From the NCBI GenBank assembly GCA_032718475.1, contig JAUCBJ010007128.1:1-64000 (forward strand): a DNA stretch of 64,000 nucleotides, given 5' to 3'. A program made the translations under genes and the position numbers. Source of the DNA: Nemertoderma westbladi (Eukaryota; Animalia; Xenacoelomorpha). The stretch's first letter is position 1; each line of letters opens with the position of its first letter. The notes below the pieces were generated by a model. The model worked only from the letters and a program-made list of their open reading frames with translations. It was not told the DNA's origin and did no database searches. Shown one piece after another: positions 36,084 to 49,660 of the stretch.

Positions 36084-38785
36084 TTATGCTCGTAGGCGGC
36101 GATATGACTTATAAATAACGGAAGTGCCTAGGCAGGAATATCGAATTGCACATAGAACTTCGTTATTCGACTCGAATACTCGCGAAAATAAGCTATGCAG
36201 GGCAAAGCGATGTATATGAACAACAGAGGGGATTCCAAGGCTGACTAGCATCTTACTAGCACTATAATCAGGACCGCCAGGAATACGAAATAGTTTCTTT
36301 ATTGATTTAGTAAGGGCTACTTTCAAACTATTAAAAACCCGCTGGCTGTAGTATGTATCAGCCCAGAGAGCATTACAATAAATATTGCAGCAATAGCTAC
36401 GTAATAGTCTAACCTTAACTGCACTGCATCTCTGCATGAGAACAGTAATTGAATTTACGAATTATAATATTTGCACGAGAGTACAATGACCTTGTCTGAG
36501 CTTTAATATCGACATCGTCGGAGAAATCCGACGTAATGAAATGTCCTAAATATTTAAATTTAGTAACTACTTCTAATACATTGCTACCAAGTCTAAAATG
36601 TGTACAAATTCTAGAATACTTCCTATAGCCGCTATGTAGAACAATAACCTTCGACTTTCTAGGGTTGAAATTAATGTTATTGCAGTTAGCGAAGTTACTA
36701 CAAATATCAAGGAGCTGTTGTAGTGCAACTGGCGATGTACTAATCAAACCCAGGTCATCTGCGTAAATCAGATGGTTTAAACATTTATCTAATGTACACC
36801 CTAGTTGAGAGTCCGAAAGTTCGATACTCAGTCCATTAATGAAAACTGTGAATAATCTGGGTGATAAAATACTTCCCTGCATTACTCCATTTGTTCGATG
36901 AAATGGTTTGGAGTACACCCCATCCCACTTTACATATATAATCTGATTTTTATACCAAAATAACAGTACTCTAAGAATAAATAATGGAATGCCGCGTTCA
37001 TAAAGTCGCATAAAAAGGATCGATAGATCCACTGTATCAAATGCCGTAGCATTTAGGAATGCCACGTAAACATTCGATCCATTTAGTAAGTAATAATTAA
37101 TGATCTCCTTAAGGGAGTATATGCATGTTTCTGTGCCAAGATTCTTTTTAAATCCGAATTGATTATCTGTCGTGTATAAACAATGATCAATTCTAGACAG
37201 AATGATTAATTCATACAGTTTACCAATAATACTTGCTAGAGATATGGGTCTATAATTATTCTCATCGGATTTGTCACCCGATTTGTCTTTCACAATTGGC
37301 ACAGCTACTGCGGAGATCATGGATTTCGGGAGGAATCCATGGATATTAAAAGCACTAAAAAGCATTGATAAAAATACAATCACGGAATGAGGCCCGTGTA
37401 TAATATGTTCAGCAAAAATACTGTCATTTCCAGCTGCCTTATGCTCTTTCAAATGTCGAACAGCTGTTATAACCTCGTCCACAGTAAAAATCATGTCGCG
37501 ATTAAAATTTAGGTTACTAAACATCATATTAATTTTAGTAAAATCATATTTATTTGACACCGAATTAAAAATTCCATCGAAGTGATCCCCCCACATAGAT
37601 GCTATATTAGCGGAACCCGAGGCACCGCCGACTTTCGATGGGCAGGAACTACTGTACTGCGATTCACGTTTAATGTTCGACCAGAATGCATATGAGTCAC
37701 CATTAGCAAGCGAGGTTGCGTGTTTATCCGCCCGTGCGATATTCACATCGCGTTTGCACCGCCGAAAAGCCCATTTAAACCGGGCTCTAGCGCGGATCAT
37801 ATTAACATGTATTGTACCGACTCGAGGACTGTTTGCATCTTTCCATTCTAGGAAAGCTTCCCTTGACTCCTGATAGAGAACTTTAACTGAATCGTTCCAT
37901 CCTGGAATTCTTGGAGGAAATTTTGAATTGCTAGGGCTGGTACACGGGATAGTTTCAACAGCAGCTGCCGTCATTGCCGAAACGACCGAGGTGTAGATGT
38001 CGGATAAGCTATCCAGATGAACTGTACAGTGGGCGTCCCGGCAACCCAAACAGTTCCAGTCATATCTGATGTTCGCAAGTTTCTCGGTTGCAACTCGGCT
38101 ATAATTATCCAAGTCGGCAATACTAGCTTTCTCCCACATTGGTTTACGAGGTTTAGCCATGCGATTTTCCGTGTCGGAGGACCCCATATTAGTTTTACAG
38201 TTAATATCAATATCCACAATAATCGGCATATGGTCAGAGGTTGAGGTATCATAGCTGATAGCTGTATCTGTGATTGACGCCTTCATTGCTACAGAAGCAA
38301 CACAATGGTCAAGCCATGAGGTGCTTTTATATAACGGGTTTACGTATGTGAAGGAATTTGTTGGCAAATTCGACGTATCCATGATTTCCATACTGTTCTC
38401 AGCACACCAGTCACCTAGTTCCTGAAAGAAACCTCTAGAGGGATCTGCATTGAAGTCGCCTATAATAGCTACTCTACTAAACGGTAGTGTATCAACTAGA
38501 GCATGTAGCTTCCCCAGACATTCCACATACTCATCGACGTTGGCCTGGCATTCCCAAGGAAGGTATACGTTTACCAATAATATATCATCACCCTGTTCAT
38601 CTGCAACCTTAATTGCGAGATAGCGCGGGTCAGATGAATCCACCACCTCAACCGCATCGGATATGTCTTTCCTCCAAAATACGGCAAGGCCTCCATATGG
38701 TCTACCAACAAGAGTGCCTAGGCTGATATCGACTGGGGAGGATCCCTTAACATCAAAGTCCTTCGAAAGTGACTCAAGGAATGTA
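36084..38785 (-). mobile_element. CR1/L2-group LINE ORF2 (5'-truncated APE endonuclease plus RT), frameshift near 36420
   Basis: NVYLP, GDFN, SWLDH, SDH, NYRPISL, QFGFK, GVMQGSILSP and IYADD motifs; 6-nt loss in the FLDASKAFD motif (FLNATAFD). Confidence 0.9.
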
Positions 38786-41010
38786 ATGCTGTAGCCCTCT
38801 AATACTTTCATTAACCAACGCAATATCATCAGCTTATAGTAAGATGAAAAGTTTGACACCTACATCCAGCCCTGAATTCCACCATCCCGTAGTTCCGCCT
38901 CTAAATCATTAATAAATAATGCGAACAGAAGGGGACTCAGGCATTCCCCTTGTCAGACTCCTGCAAGACAGTCAAACTGCTTAGAGACTGAACTCTGAAA
39001 TCGAACTTGAGACCTCACAGAGGCAGAACCATACATGTTCTGTATTACTGTATGAATTTTTCCAGAGAAACCAAGAGAAAGTAATTTTGACCAAAGTGCA
39101 GATCTATTGACAGAGTCGAATGCATTCTGGAAGTCTATGAATGCACAGCATATATTTTTTTGTTCGCTCTGTATTTTAAAAATGACTAAATAAAGCACTT
39201 AGAGTGGAAATTTAATCAATGGTAGTCAATCCGTTCTAAACACGGCCTGGGCTTCGATAAGTACTCCGAAAGAATCAGCCCACAACTGAAGTCTGGAATT
39301 GATTAGGCTGGTAAACAGTTTTCCAAAAATACTTAACAAAGAGATTCCCTGAAAGTTGTTGGGATCAAACTTACTACCTTTCTTCTTATATATTGGAACC
39401 AAATTAGCAGGGTCGGATTAAGGTTTTGGGGGCCCCCCATAGGCTAATGGTATAGTTGGGGCCCTAAAATTTTATTTTTCATAATTCTTGGCATAGGGCA
39501 GGCCGCCTAGCCTCATCAGGCAAATTATGGGCATCTTTTAAATGGGAAACATTGTATTTTTTTATTCTAAAAATAACCAACATACTACTGTAGGGATATC
39601 ATTTAGTATTAGTATAATATGGTTTTTTAGTATTTAAAAGTATTTATAGTATTTTAATTAAGTAATTGGTTTACATGGGCTTTTTGAGAGCCTTTTGCTT
39701 AGGAAAATGAATCAAAAGTTTCGAAAATTTTCATTGATATCCCACAATGCGGGATCATTGCTAAAAGTGGGCATCAGCTAGTTCTGGTTCTTCCACAGTT
39801 TCATTAACTTCAGCATCAGAAACTCCTCCCGTTTCAGCAGCAATTGTAGAACTTGGACTCGGGGAACATTCACAACCGGCAACTTCAGAACTGTTGCTAC
39901 AGGCAGGCAGAGTCAGTATTAGAGATCAAAAAATAGTTGTCAATTTTGCCAGTTATCGCGTTTTCGTCAGAAGTTATTTTTCACTATCTTCACGTTTAGT
40001 TTTCGCAGCTCTTTTCTGTGATCCTGTCTGATATAATTGCGTCCAGACATTTTGTTCGTTAACTTGGTACTAATTACACTTCAAATTACAAGGGAATGGT
40101 ATAATGACAAGACAACAATTAAGAAAAATACAGATAGTGATAGAAAGTGAGACAGAGACGAGGCACTAGACAGTAAACAAACATGTACATGTATCTACTA
40201 AGAGTACAGGTACCGGTACCTGTTGTTTTCTTTAAAAGTATAAAAGTTTCACTTTCAATTTCAAAAATTTGGGGCCCTTAAAGTTTGGGGGGGAGGGGCA
40301 AGACTCAGCCTGGTTAGCCTATTGGTTAATCCGGCCCTGCAAATTAGCAAGACCCCAAGTAGAGGGGAAATAGCCTGAATTCAAAATAGAATTTAAAATA
40401 GAGGTAATGACAGGAAACAAACTTTCTGCACCCTTACTGAAAACCTCGCTTGAGCTTGGCGATCCCCCAGCTAACTTCCTCCTCTGAGAAATCATCACTT
40501 AAACGCAAGTCAAAAATCGCTTTGCTCTCAGCCAAGTTACTACTATGAGGACTGGATATACCACCTGTATCAATAAACTCAAAATTACTTTCTACATTAA
40601 GCTTACGGAAGTGTTCCTCAAACTGAGTAACACTGCAGCCTCCCTGAAGGATGTCATTAGAACCACTGGCAGACTTGAGAAGTGTCCAAAATTTATTTGA
40701 TTCTGATATTTTAAACTTAGTGAAGTGAGCCTTGATGATTCTAGGTGATTAAATAAATATTTTGCCCTACGCAATGCCCCAGCATACACACCCCTTGCAG
40801 CTGCAAGAGCTGCGTATGCAGTGGCACTTGGATTTGATTGCCAGCAGCTAAGCGAGACTCGAAAAACTCGCTTATACTGCACACAATTTTCATCATAACA
40901 AGGATTAGCGCAAGACCTTTTAAATTCCGTAGCAGTGAGATCGTACTTCCATGATATTTTCTACTAAAGAATCTACTTGACCTTATGAGTAGAACCCACT
41001 GGAAGCACTG
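38786..41010 (-). mobile_element. Second, older LINE relic (RTE-X/CR1-like RT), interrupted by a hAT element
   Basis: DPNNFRGISLLSIFGKLF, CAFIDFQNAFDSV, QGECLSPLLF and L*ADD at ~38830; upstream part at 40348-41010. Confidence 0.75.
39408..40339 (-). mobile_element. hAT non-autonomous derivative
   Basis: TIRs CAGGG(T/C)CGGATTAA; 8-bp TSD CAAATTAG (39400-39407 and 40340-40347); residual NDPALW motif of a transposase N-terminus. Confidence 0.92.
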
Positions 41011-41160
41011 TCAATAATTTTGTTTATAGTTGACTGCACACTCCGTTTTAAGTACATTTGAAAATTTCGCTGCTGTGCGAACATTCCAAATATTCTTAGA
41101 AGCGGTTAAATTTGGAGCACAGTCCTGTGGTGTCTCAGGAACAGAGTCTAACTTCATTAG

Positions 41161-41226
41161 CCCCCCCCCCCCACACGATTGTATAACGAAACACATTCAT
41201 ATACCCCCCCCCCCCCCCCCCCCCCC
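41161..41226. repeat. Poly-C runs
   Basis: Seen directly. Confidence 0.8.
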
Positions 41227-43910
41227 AAATAACAATCTAAATCAATGAATGGAAGTACACAGTAAATGACCACTAGAGAAAGTTGCGCACATCTATACAG
41301 ACTCCATCACACCCACACACACTTTTGGAAAACAGCCTTAGTATAATTATAACAGTTCGCTGATGGCTCGCAGTTTTGACTTGTAAAGGATTTCTCTTTG
41401 CTTCCGCACGACAACACTCCCAAACGGCTTTTTTAGTATCTCAAAATAATTCCTCATGTTAATACACTTGGTTATTGTTTTGGTTTATCAGTGACAAGAC
41501 TGACTTGAAAATAGCTCGCATAGTACAAGGCCCTTCAGTGACTTGTTATTTACGGACTTTCTCAACCGTTTCAAGATAGTACTAAAACACAGTGATTTAT
41601 ATTCTCCAGATGTTATTAATGCTTCCTTTAGTATAAAAATAGTGTGCGCTATCTAACACCATAGAAAAACCTCTGGGAAGAGGGAAAAAGAGAAACCGGG
41701 TGAGGGGTGCTTTGGGTTTGTTAGTATCCAAAGTATAGCCTCGACAAATAATACAATCCAAACAATTGTAACCAAAAAAATAGTACAGAAATTACAGTAT
41801 TTTAGTCGTTTCTGGTGCTAAAATACTCTGAAGAGATATAATACAAAAAGGTCTAAGATGTCAAAAGAAGTCTGAAAAGTTGTAATAAATTTGGTGCAGC
41901 TTCAAGCTATTGGAACTTGGCAATAGTGCAGTGCAATACACCAGGTTACAGTCTGTGTCCAAACAGGGGTGGGACTGATTGGATGAAAATAGTTAGCTGC
42001 TACTATGTCCTACGACTTAGAGGTTTGACTGCAGGTCGTCCCAATAAGTCTACGAGCAGAGTGCGCAATCACTACCGTAAACTGACAGAGTCAACTGTTC
42101 CCTGCGGGAACCTACCCACGACCCTAAACCCCACTATTGCCAGGCGAGGCAAAGTGAGAATGGGGACAGTGTGGTCCAATTGCCGAGAAGCAGAGCCAAG
42201 ATAGCGTTCGCCCCACAGGGTGCACTTTGTGTCTCTGCTTTTAATTATGACTACTATTGACGGGATAGGTAGACCTATTCTTCAAGGTTACATAGACTTC
42301 CATCCATATCCCAATCCCAATCGCACTATATAAGTACAACTAGTTATAAGTGGTAGGAGATGCAGGTGATTAATCATCTTTTAATTGATTAATATAATTC
42401 CGATATGATCGCACACATTTATTAATATCTAAATCATTATTATTTTTAATGTTATATATAATAACAAAGTTAAAATTAGCTCAATGGATATCAACACAAG
42501 TTAAACAGGGGCCAGTGGGGAAACTTTATATAATTTCATAATTACATAAAAATTAGAGAATCAATATCAGGAAAGTATCAGATTACAGTTGTACGCTATT
42601 CTACCCAAAACAACTAGATATACGGTGTGTGGTGGTAATGAACAGCTATATATCTGCACCACCGTAGGCTACCCCTGGCAACTGCAGACGTTGTAAAAAT
42701 GATGTGAGTGTTATTCCTGTAATATCCGAAATTAGATGGCAAATAGCAAATTACATAGTAAAGTAAAGTACAGTAAGTAGGACTAGCTTGCTAAATACAG
42801 CCGATTTTCTCGTTGAAAAACTCAATAACTTTGTACTATTGTATTTTATTATTACTTTTTTCTGCTACTTTTCGCAAGAATATATGTAACCGATATGTAG
42901 CCAATTTTTTTTGAGGATATTTTTTAGCACTGTGTGTGCATGGCACACATGATATGTGTGCCCCTGTTTCATTCACATGATGTATCTATCTATTGTGAAG
43001 TCATTACATCGTGCAGTACCAATCGATCATTATTGAGTTGTTTCGCAAAGGGACCAACCCTCCCAAACAGAGCTATAACATTCTGCTGTTACCTTGTAGT
43101 TGGTTGGCACTTTCCTGTGAGAAGATTAACCCACACTGACAATACTACCAATGCAGTGCTGCTGCTGCAGGGTTGGGGGAAATACTATTTACAGTACATC
43201 AATAAAGGCAAGAATATTTGTAAATGAAATCACCTAAACTGTATATCAGATAATACGAAAGGTAAATTATGAAATAAAACATAGGAAAAAAAACATGCAC
43301 CAATAAATTACAAGATTCTTTTTAAAATTGCAATACTTTTCATATGCCTGAACATCCTGATCAATCCCCCAGGGAAGGATCACTCCTGCACTGTTAGGTC
43401 ATACTAGACCGCACTCTGGGCACATTCCACTCTATGTATTGATTACATTAGTGCTTTACTTGAACTATTGCTCTTGTTTATAGTAATGCCTGGATGGAAA
43501 ACATATGGAATATATATGGCACGATAAATGGACGATAAATTATAGTCATTTGAAATATGAATTTTATAAATTTATTACATTGTATATGAAATCATAGTTA
43601 ACTACAACTTTTAACTTAACAATAATTAAAAGAAAAGATCATCCAAAATCAGAATCGCATTGAAACTAATAATTAACAAATAGCAATTTTGATACAATAT
43701 TCTTAATATATATGTACATGTATATGTATATTCTTGATTAGACGATACCTTAAGCTGGTTCTATCATTAAAACGAATCTTATGTTAAAATAACTGCAGGT
43801 TTAAAAGTCCTAAAAAAAGCTATAATAATGTTCAGAAATGTTATTACAAATAAATGAGACCAAGTTGAAAGAAACACTACAGCTACCAATCCTAACAAGA
43901 TCTAATCTGT

Positions 43911-45137
43911 TTAATTTCTTCTTTTAAATATGTTGATATTAACAGCCTTTCGGAAACTTTCGACAAACATATACATGAGATAAAAGTTTAGACTGAATAC
44001 AACCATAAGTATATTATATATTTGAGCTGTAAAATTATTGATAACTACCATTTTTTCAAAAGCAGAAATTTCGTCTAATGTAGATTGATTATGTATATTT
44101 CTTGCCTTATTTTCGAGGTATCTTCTTGTAATATGCCAGATTAGAAAGGCGCAATCTTTGGTGCACATTAGTATTCCAGTAATGAGCATCATATTTACAG
44201 CGGCAGACATTTTATGATTGGTTGGCGAATTTGGGTTAGCCCTCATTAACTTTCGTAACTTATAAATCATAAGACAATTTATAACAATCACTCCTACGAT
44301 TTGAATGGTTTTTCTTATGGGAACAAAATACTTATGAAACTGATACGCCCTAATGAAGTGGACACTATATGAACCCCAATACATACATAAAGCCCAATAT
44401 TGCTTTTCGCCATTCACATATCGAATTTCCCCCTTATATATAACTGCATAATGCCAGTACAAACATGCTGTGTATATAAATATAACTACTATTATACCAT
44501 ATATCATGTTATTATTCTTTAATTTTGTATCCTTATACCATACCGGAAAATAAAGGGCTGCAATACGTTCTGCACCCATAATTAAGGTGAGTGTAGAATC
44601 TCCAAATTGTACACACCATGCAAATATAGGCCAATAACACTGGCATAACCATGAAACAACGTTATAACAATGAAGTTGCCAAATTGTATTGTTGTTTACT
44701 ATCAATGAATCATATTAAAAAAAAAACCACTCAGAATTCTGACCATGTTTTAGTAGTTGGCCAAATGAGATAAGAATATCGAAAACAGACTTTAACATCA
44801 ACATTCTATAAAATAAAGTATTGAATGATTTCTCCATCGCAATTGTTACAATAATTATTATATTTCCAATCAGACCAAATAAATTATATGTTGATATATA
44901 TGGCGTTAGAATAACATCTTCAATAAATATCAATGCATTGTGATAAGTCTCATATCCCTTTCTAATATCATCATAATAATCAGAATCGGGAATAAATTGA
45001 TAATATTTGCTGTGCAGATTTGATTCGGTTGTGTCTCCATTAACTTTTGTGTTGAGGCCATTGGTAGCATCAGAAACAAAGATAAAAATACAACTAAAAT
45101 ATAATAACAATTGAATGTGAAAGTTTGTTGCAAACAT
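43911..45137 (-). pseudogene. Intronless rhodopsin-family GPCR (peptide- or chemoreceptor-like) with one in-frame TAA
   Basis: Signal-like N-terminus, TM1 GLIGN, TM2 SVFD, TM3 AERIAALYFP, TM7 SLNFYL..FRK; both ORFs are in the same frame, split by TAA at 44717-44715. Confidence 0.85.
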
Positions 45138-48073
45138 GTTTTAGTAAGACCAAATCAAATGAGGCTAAAATAAAGGGGTTTATACATTGAACTACAACAA
45201 ACAACACCATAACATAGTATTATAAATACATAGTACCCTAATGCACTGGAACAACTTATTCATTCAGCTACAATAAAGTGTAAATCACGGGTGAATGAAA
45301 AATGTTGTTTTTAATGAATTTTAAATTTGCAAAATGTTTCTTATTGACAGTTGACCCCACCACAACAAATTCAAATCTGAAAAGTTTGCCACTGGTGCTA
45401 ATTTTGAGTGAATGGTTGGAAAAGTTTGGTTTTGTATTTATATATTATATGTTCTTTCTAGCAAATATTGAAGTATTTAATGTACAAACAAAAGCTATCT
45501 ATCTATAACTGGAATTCATACGTAATGTTTTATTTAAATCTTTGATTTAAAAGGTTGTGCATATTACCATATACTTTTTGTTCTGTACTGTAGTATACTG
45601 TATTGTATGGGGCGCCGTTCCGGCCAAAAGTATAGGATATTCTCGGCTCCGAGAACGGTCGTGTACCTGATATATTTCAACCAGTTCTTCACTCTAAGTC
45701 TCTGCGCGACCACTCTTGCAAACTGCAGCAGCTGCCATGCATATCAGCCGCTATCCAATCTCTAGAAAGTTTTAAAAACAGGTTATCTGCAATGGATTTT
45801 AGCAGATTTTTAAAGTACGATCCTTTTATGTAAATATGATTTTAATATTTTTAATCTATAATATTTTACTCCCTTATAAATAATTATTATTTAACTTGTG
45901 CCTGTTTTCAATTCTATTAATTATAATTAAACTTACATGAAAAGCAGTCTTTCCCATTCCTCTTATTTTTTAGTAGCTAGATATTATTCTAAGTGCAATT
46001 TAAGTATATTTTTGTTTTCAATTCAATACGCTGTTATGGCTGTGATGTCTCCCTCCATTTATCCTTTATTAACTACGATGGATGGAAGATGAACAATGTC
46101 AAGAACTCAGAGAGGAACAAAAATGTGTGGAGGATGAGAAATGATGCCAAGCGAAATGGGCTGAGATGCTACAATTGATGGCCACTTTCAATAGTATCCA
46201 GTCGATGTTCCGGTTGATGCAGGCATTACATTGCACCAGCAGCAGCAACCTCGCCTTCATGATCTCGCTTGGTCAGCTGCTACCCATCCACCAATAATTG
46301 TAAACCTGAATACTTCAGTTGATCATTTCAGCCAGTATTAGTGTACAACTTTGGGACAACTATACCACTGTGGTTCACCTTGAAGAATTCCTGGAACTGG
46401 AACAACTTGCTGCCTTCCTATGCAGAATACACTAGGATGTATAATATATACTATTCTATACTGATATCCAACTTGCTGAACGTGGAAATGTATTTACAAT
46501 TAATTTTTAATTAATTCAACCAATCTGATAGACATACTATTAGGTTTAAATGAGTTACACAAATAGTGCCTGGAAAACTGTATATGTAATCAAAACCTTT
46601 CAAATGCTAAAATTCTATAATATCGTATGGCTGGAAGATATGCCGAAATTGATTACATCTTTTGTCTATGGAGGCCATCCCATGAGTTATGTAACCAGTT
46701 GTGTAACTTTGGAGTAACCCTAGCGTATATTTTACAAAACACATCTAACTTAAAAAGCAAAATCTTTTGGCATTATTGCCTGTTTATGGAATCTGAACAG
46801 AATTTCAATTGAAACTGCAATAAAAATCTACAAAATGAAAATTTACCCTCTGTGCATGTACACTATCTACCCTCTCTATTCAAATTATGGGGGAAATTCT
46901 TAATGCATTTCTACTGGGTCTATACAACACGGGGCAGGATGTGGAACTTTGTCATCATCACTGATCCATCACCCTCTGGAATTGATTATACATTAATGGC
47001 TAATATACTAATACAAGTCATTGAAATAAGGTTTTCTCCTTGGTTGATCTACTTGTTAGGATCTTCAGAGTATTTCTCTGGATTTTCCTGCTCAAATATG
47101 CCTTATCCAATCTGAACCATTTCAGAATCGTCATCTACCGACTCACAACCAAAAGGAAAACAAGTGCAAATAATATAGTTCTGGAGAGATTCCTAACTCT
47201 ATAGGACCATTGTCTCACTAGGATGCTTATTGCTCATCCCATGGGTTGGAAGTTGAACAGAAGGCCAATGTGTTGAAGATATTATTTCTACTGTATTTTG
47301 ATCTGAAGTCTGGTGTTGGGTTGTACTGTATTATTGGCGTGATAGTGAATCCAAGAAAGACTAAGGATGGCATGGTCCTGCAAATGTTATTGGTACAGAT
47401 GATGTAGTGTTTTTACACCATGGTGGTTCAATTATTAAGGTGCACAAAACTCATCTTAGAAGATCTATAGAAAAAGATGGCTTAGTTAAGGTGAACAAAG
47501 AACATAATGTTGATGCAACTGGGATTATTGCTCATCCTCATGAGCAGCTTGATATGTTTAAATTGAACACTGAAACTGCAAACAGTCAAAAGGAGGTACC
47601 TCTAGAGGGGTTTCAAAAACTTGATATACTTGATGGTAATCAACAAAACATAATGAAATCTGCTGTTTCAGAACAAACACCTATCCAGGATAGAGAAAGT
47701 ATCACTACTGGTTATCAATAAAATAAACTGATGAATGGTGCTGAATCAAATGAATGTGAGATGCCTGTGCCAAATGTAATACAGCGACCCAAGCATACTG
47801 TTGAACCAATAAGACACTATGGTATAAATGATATATATAGTGTATGTAAGTCTACCAATGATATTGAAGATATTTCTTAGCATCTACAATAGCAGAAGCG
47901 AAAGATGTTGAGCTATCCAACTGGAAAGAATATGGTGTTTATATTGAGATTGGAGAACATGGAATCAGTAGTCCAGCAGTTACCACAAGGTGTGTCATCA
48001 CTGACAAATCTGACAGTAATGGAAATTTGTTTAAGAAAGCCAGATAAGTTATTCGTGGCTTCCAAGACATTAA

Positions 48074-49660
48074 TAAGAATATTATGATAATAGCGAATGA
48101 AAAAAATGCCATAGTTATTAAAGTATTTAAATTCGAACATGTTTCATTAAACTTGATTAGGACTTCAAGGAAATTTAGAGAGTGGCGTAGTTCATGTTCG
48201 ATGGTAAACTCAATGCCGTAATGTTTAGAGTTAAGGTAGTTCAGAAAATCTGTAGCATGCTTTTGGTCACGCTACAGATTTTCTGAACTACCTTAACTCT
48301 AAACATTACGGCATTGAGTTTACCATCGAACATGAACTACGCCACTCTCTAAATTTCCTTGAAGTCCTAATCAAGTTTAATGAAACAGATAACTCATTCC
48401 ACACATCTATTTACCACAAACCAACCTTTACTGGCCTATACACTTCCTATGACAGTTTTATCCCGAATAAATTTAAAGTTTCCCTTATTGCAACGCTAGT
48501 TTACCGCTTGCTCATGATCTGCTCCACCTGGTGCCAATTTCAAACAGAAATATCAGTCCTACATAAGCATCTTACACTAAATGGATACCCTATGACTATG
48601 TTGTCATGGGTAACGGACAAAGTTATCGTGAAATTCACACATGCACCTAATGTTACCCCTGACACTGTTCCAAAAAAGTCAGTAATTTTAGTTCTACCGT
48701 ACTTAGGGACGTATTCAACCATCCTACAGAAACGTTTACGCATCCTGTGCAAAGCTTACAGTGTAACTTTAGGATCATATTCCGGCCCGCAACCCGGCTT
48801 GGGGTTTTTTTCCCATTCAAGGATAAACTTCCATTATCTCTCAGATCTCTTACCTTATATAAATATAAGTGTAGTAGCTGTGATGCTACTTATATTGGTG
48901 AATCAAAACGCCATTTCAAGGTAAGAGTATGTGAACATATTGGTATTTCTCCCCGAACAGGAAGACCCACATCCGCTCCCAGACACTCAGCAATACATGA
49001 TCACTCCCTAGAGTTTGATCATAAGGTGTCCTATACTGATTTCACGGCTATAAGTAGGGCCAATACAAATTACGATCTTTTCATTAAAGAAAGTCTGTAT
49101 ATCAAGCATGAGAAACCTACTCTTAATATCCAAGGGACGTCCTTTCCTTTACACCTGTTCCAGTAAATTATCTTTCCGCAAACCCATCCCTGCCCCCCCC
49201 CCCCCCCTCCCCCCGACCGAGCACTTATGTACACTACCTACCCTATACATTAATTCTAAATATTGTTTTTTTTTCACTATCTTACGTGCACCTACAATAG
49301 GTTTTGTTTTGATTCACCTATTTGTTTTTATATACTGTAGTTAGGTAACCCCAATAATTATGTATCTATATGTTTTTACGTTTACCCATATACATACCTG
49401 TAATCAATTCTGCTATAATACTTACTGCCTACCGGTATTTGTTGCATACTCCTAATAACTTTAATTTTACATGATTCTGAATTCTGATATTGTTGTATTT
49501 AAATCTATTGCAGTACTGTAGTATAAATATGTTAATTTGTTCATTTTTACTGTCTGTTAGCCTACGCTGATGATGATTTATTGATTAAATCAAAACGTTC
49601 GAATTTAAATACTTTAATAACTATGGCATTTTTTTCATTCGCTATTATCATAATATTCAT
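48074..49660 (+). mobile_element. Penelope-like element, 5'-truncated, with inverted 5' segments
   Basis: FLNYLNSKH..IEFTIE, IYHKPTFTGLY, and GIY-YIG YIGESKR...IKESLYI...PTLN; flanked by ATTAA on both sides. Confidence 0.92.
49567..49600 (+). ncRNA. Degenerate hammerhead motif in the Penelope 3' region
   Basis: CTGATGA-T-GATTTA-ttgat-TAAATC-AAAAC-GTTC; the core GAAA reads AAAA. Confidence 0.55.
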
